This document shows, in pieces, positions 16,023 to 17,653 of a stretch of DNA of 17,653 bases (positions within the stretch are counted from its first letter, which is position 1; each line of letters opens with the position of its first letter). This DNA comes from Candidatus Hydrogenedentota bacterium (GTDB lineage: Bacteria > Hydrogenedentota > Hydrogenedentia > Hydrogenedentales > SLHB01), in NCBI GenBank assembly GCA_029974275.1, contig JARKSN010000185.1, positions 1-17,653 on the forward strand. Reading direction: 5' to 3'. The notes under the pieces were generated by a model. That model searched no databases, was not told the DNA's origin, and saw only the letters and a program-made list of their open reading frames with translations. The translations under genes and the position numbers were made by a program.

Positions 16023-17111
16023 TCAGGAACCCTTGGCCGCGGCGTTCACCGGCGCCTTTTCCTTTTCCATAGCGCCGGTCATGGGGATGAAGTAAACGCC
16101 GATGTCGCGGCGAGACTGGACCTTGCCGTCTTCGGTCTTGGTGTAGACGTAGAGGACTTGCTTGCCGCGGATGGGCGGGCCGACGGGAATGATGAGGCGG
16201 CCGCCGGGCTTGAGCTGTTCGAGCAACGCAGGCGGGACGTACCGAGCGGCGCAGGTCACCATGATGATGTCAAAGCCGCCCTCCACCTCGGGCCAGCCGA
16301 AATAGCCGTCGCCGACCTTGGTATGCACACGGTCGTAACCGATCGCCTGCAGCGCCTTGGCGACGCCCTTGCCGAGGGGCTCGATAATCTCGATGCTGTA
16401 TGCCTCGCTCACGATACGGGACAACAACGAAGACTGAAACCCGCTGCCGGTGCCGATCTCGAGCACAACATCGCCCTTCTTGGGCGCGGCGAGCTGGGTC
16501 ATGTAGGCTTGGCCGAGATAATCGCTCAAGGCGGAGCCATAGCCAATGCCCCAAGGTTTCGGCTCGGATTCGTAGGCGCTGCCCGTAATGCCGGTTTTGC
16601 CTTCGTAGTTGTAATGGAAATACTCGCGGGGAATCTCGCGAAATGCGCGCAACACTTCGGGATCGGCGCTGCCGAAATGAGCCGCCAAATATTTCTCGAT
16701 GCGCGCAAGCGCCTTCTCTTTGCGCGCCTGGATTGCGTCGAAGGATTCTTTCGAGATGGCCATCTTGCGTCCGGATTTGTCGACGAGTTCGGTGTAGCGC
16801 TCGTAGGTCCACGGCGCGAGGGGTTCGATTTCCTTCGCCACGGACGCGGTCGCGGCGTCAACAGGCGCAGCAGATGTTTCGCTTGGCGCAGCAGTCGTCT
16901 CGCTCGGAGCCGCAGTTGTTGCGGATGGCGCGGCTGTAGCTTCGGGTGGCGCGACGGTCTCTGCCGGTGGCGCTGGGACAAGTATCGGCACAGGTGCAGG
17001 TTGCGCAACCGGCGGTTGCTTGGCATCCACGATGGGCTGGCTGTTGTCACAACCTGCGCATCCGTACACGGCAAAAATCGCGATCACGGAAAAAACCAAA
17101 AAACTACGCAT
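16023..17111 (-). CDS. pcm: Protein-L-isoaspartate O-methyltransferase (PIMT/Pcm) homologue with N-terminal lipoprotein signal and Pro/Ala/Thr linker (362 aa)
   Basis: VLRAFREIPREYF, VLEIGTGSGFQ, GDGYFGWPE, FDIIMVTCAA, LLEQLKPGGRLIIPVG, VYFIPM. Start moved to ATG 17111, behind a GAGGTG RBS, giving MRSFLVFSVIAIFAVYG|CAGC. Confidence 0.88.
   Translation of the reverse strand: MRSFLVFSVIAIFAVYGCAGCDNSQPIVDAKQPPVAQPAPVPILVPAPPAETVAPPEATAAPSATTAAPSETTAAPSETSAAPVDAATASVAKEIEPLAPWTYERYTELVDKSGRKMAISKESFDAIQARKEKALARIEKYLAAHFGSADPEVLRAFREIPREYFHYNYEGKTGITGSAYESEPKPWGIGYGSALSDYLGQAYMTQLAAPKKGDVVLEIGTGSGFQSSLLSRIVSEAYSIEIIEPLGKGVAKALQAIGYDRVHTKVGDGYFGWPEVEGGFDIIMVTCAARYVPPALLEQLKPGGRLIIPVGPPIRGKQVLYVYTKTEDGKVQSRRDIGVYFIPMTGAMEKEKAPVNAAAKGS
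16860..16943 (-). repeat. Four imperfect 21-bp coding tandem repeats
   Basis: They encode EATAAPS-ATTAAPS-ETTAAPS-ETSAAPV in the linker of the pcm-like gene. Confidence 0.8.
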
Positions 17112-17160
17112 GTGACGTGACACCTCTTCTCGCGCTATGCCTCGGATATTGGCGACGTGG

Positions 17161-17421
17161 TCAGCGCCGTACGCCATCCGAAGCGGGAAACACACCCCAC
17201 GCGATTATATACAAGACCGCGGCGAGAACCAATACGGCGCCGTACCCGTAGGATACGGCTAGTAATGTAGCCAGTGGCGAGGCAATAACGGAGAAGGCCC
17301 CGTTGATGGACCACGCCATGGGCACAAACGGTTGCATGCCGCCGCGCAGCGCGCCCAAGCCCACGGAGAAGGGCATGCCCAACACAAACGACACCGGCGC
17401 TACCAGTAGCGCCGTGATGAT
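17161..17421 (-). CDS. C-terminal fragment of a polytopic membrane protein (resembles the tail of spermidine-synthase-like SAM-binding membrane proteins); 5' part missing
   Basis: The frame extends upstream of the track's GTG to give IITALLVAPVSFVLGMPFSVGL...MAWSINGAFSVIASPLATLLAVSYGY. The P..F..GMPF and W..NG..SV pattern is recalled from that family. An in-frame TGA lies shortly upstream, within the mutL-like DNA. Confidence 0.6.
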   Translation of the reverse strand: MITALLVAPVSFVLGMPFSVGLGALRGGMQPFVPMAWSINGAFSVIASPLATLLAVSYGYGAVLVLAAVLYIIAWGVFPASDGVRR

Positions 17422-17653
17422 TTTGTCCCGAAAGGCATAGTTCTCAGCGCAATCTCCCTGTCACCCAACAGTTCAATTTCAAATCCGTTATCAGCAAAAT
17501 CATCAATGTGATCTGAGATAAAAGCATAGTCCTGCGCACTGACGGGCACTATCTGAGGAACAAGCAAAGACTCAATATCGTCGGGCTTTGTTCCCGGCTT
17601 CATTTTCGCCATATATTTCTCATACAGAATTCTCTCATGCGCCGCATGCTGAT
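17400..17653 (-). CDS. mutL: Internal fragment of mismatch repair protein MutL (C-terminal endonuclease domain), truncated
   Basis: From the right edge the minus strand reads (D)QHAAHERILYEKY, the DQHA(X)2E(X)4E motif. It continues with ESLLVP (clamp-binding QxLLxP position) and GFEIELLGDREIALRTMP, and stops before the expected ACK/CPHGRP motifs. Confidence 0.85.
   Translation of the reverse strand, partial: QHAAHERILYEKYMAKMKPGTKPDDIESLLVPQIVPVSAQDYAFISDHIDDFADNGFEIELLGDREIALRTMPFGTKSSRRYW

Noticed and set aside
14337..17120. 927-aa ORF on the + strand
   Set aside because: It is the antisense shadow of the ALDH and pcm-like genes. It has no recognisable motifs, and long stop-free antisense frames are common in GC-rich coding DNA.
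17112..17195. Longer start for the pcm-like gene
   Set aside because: It overlaps the upstream gene's 3' end and buries the signal peptide. The RBS supports ATG 17111.
1..17653. CRISPR arrays, IS elements, rRNA and known riboswitches
   Set aside because: I saw no regularly spaced repeats, transposase motifs or recognisable consensus by eye. An Rfam scan was not possible.

Overview
This is GC-rich bacterial chromosomal DNA with no phage, transposase, integrase or CRISPR signal. In order, it holds: the 5' end of a type IV pilin gene (-); an orphan PhoR/WalK-type histidine kinase (-); a stand-alone MtaB-family methanol:corrinoid methyltransferase (+); a small membrane-anchored hypothetical protein (-); an XylR/DmpR-like V4R-AAA+-HTH regulator with degenerate catalytic motifs (+); a divergent PHP-fold protein (+); a SurA/PrsA-like lipoprotein (+); tRNA-Arg(CCT) (-); htpG (-); an archaeal-style thymidylate synthase-family gene apparently heading an operon with a glutamine synthetase-like gamma-glutamyl ligase and an Fe-alcohol dehydrogenase (+); a convergent aldehyde dehydrogenase (-); a lipoprotein-signal-bearing PIMT/Pcm homologue (-); and the 3' end of a membrane protein gene. 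That last gene is abruptly joined at about 17420 to an AT-richer mutL fragment, probably an assembly chimera. The best leads are the exported PIMT with an altered substrate motif, the pseudo-ATPase enhancer-binding protein, the ThyA-like plus amine-glutamylation cluster and the orphan mtaB. All family assignments come from motif recognition by eye; no searches were run.
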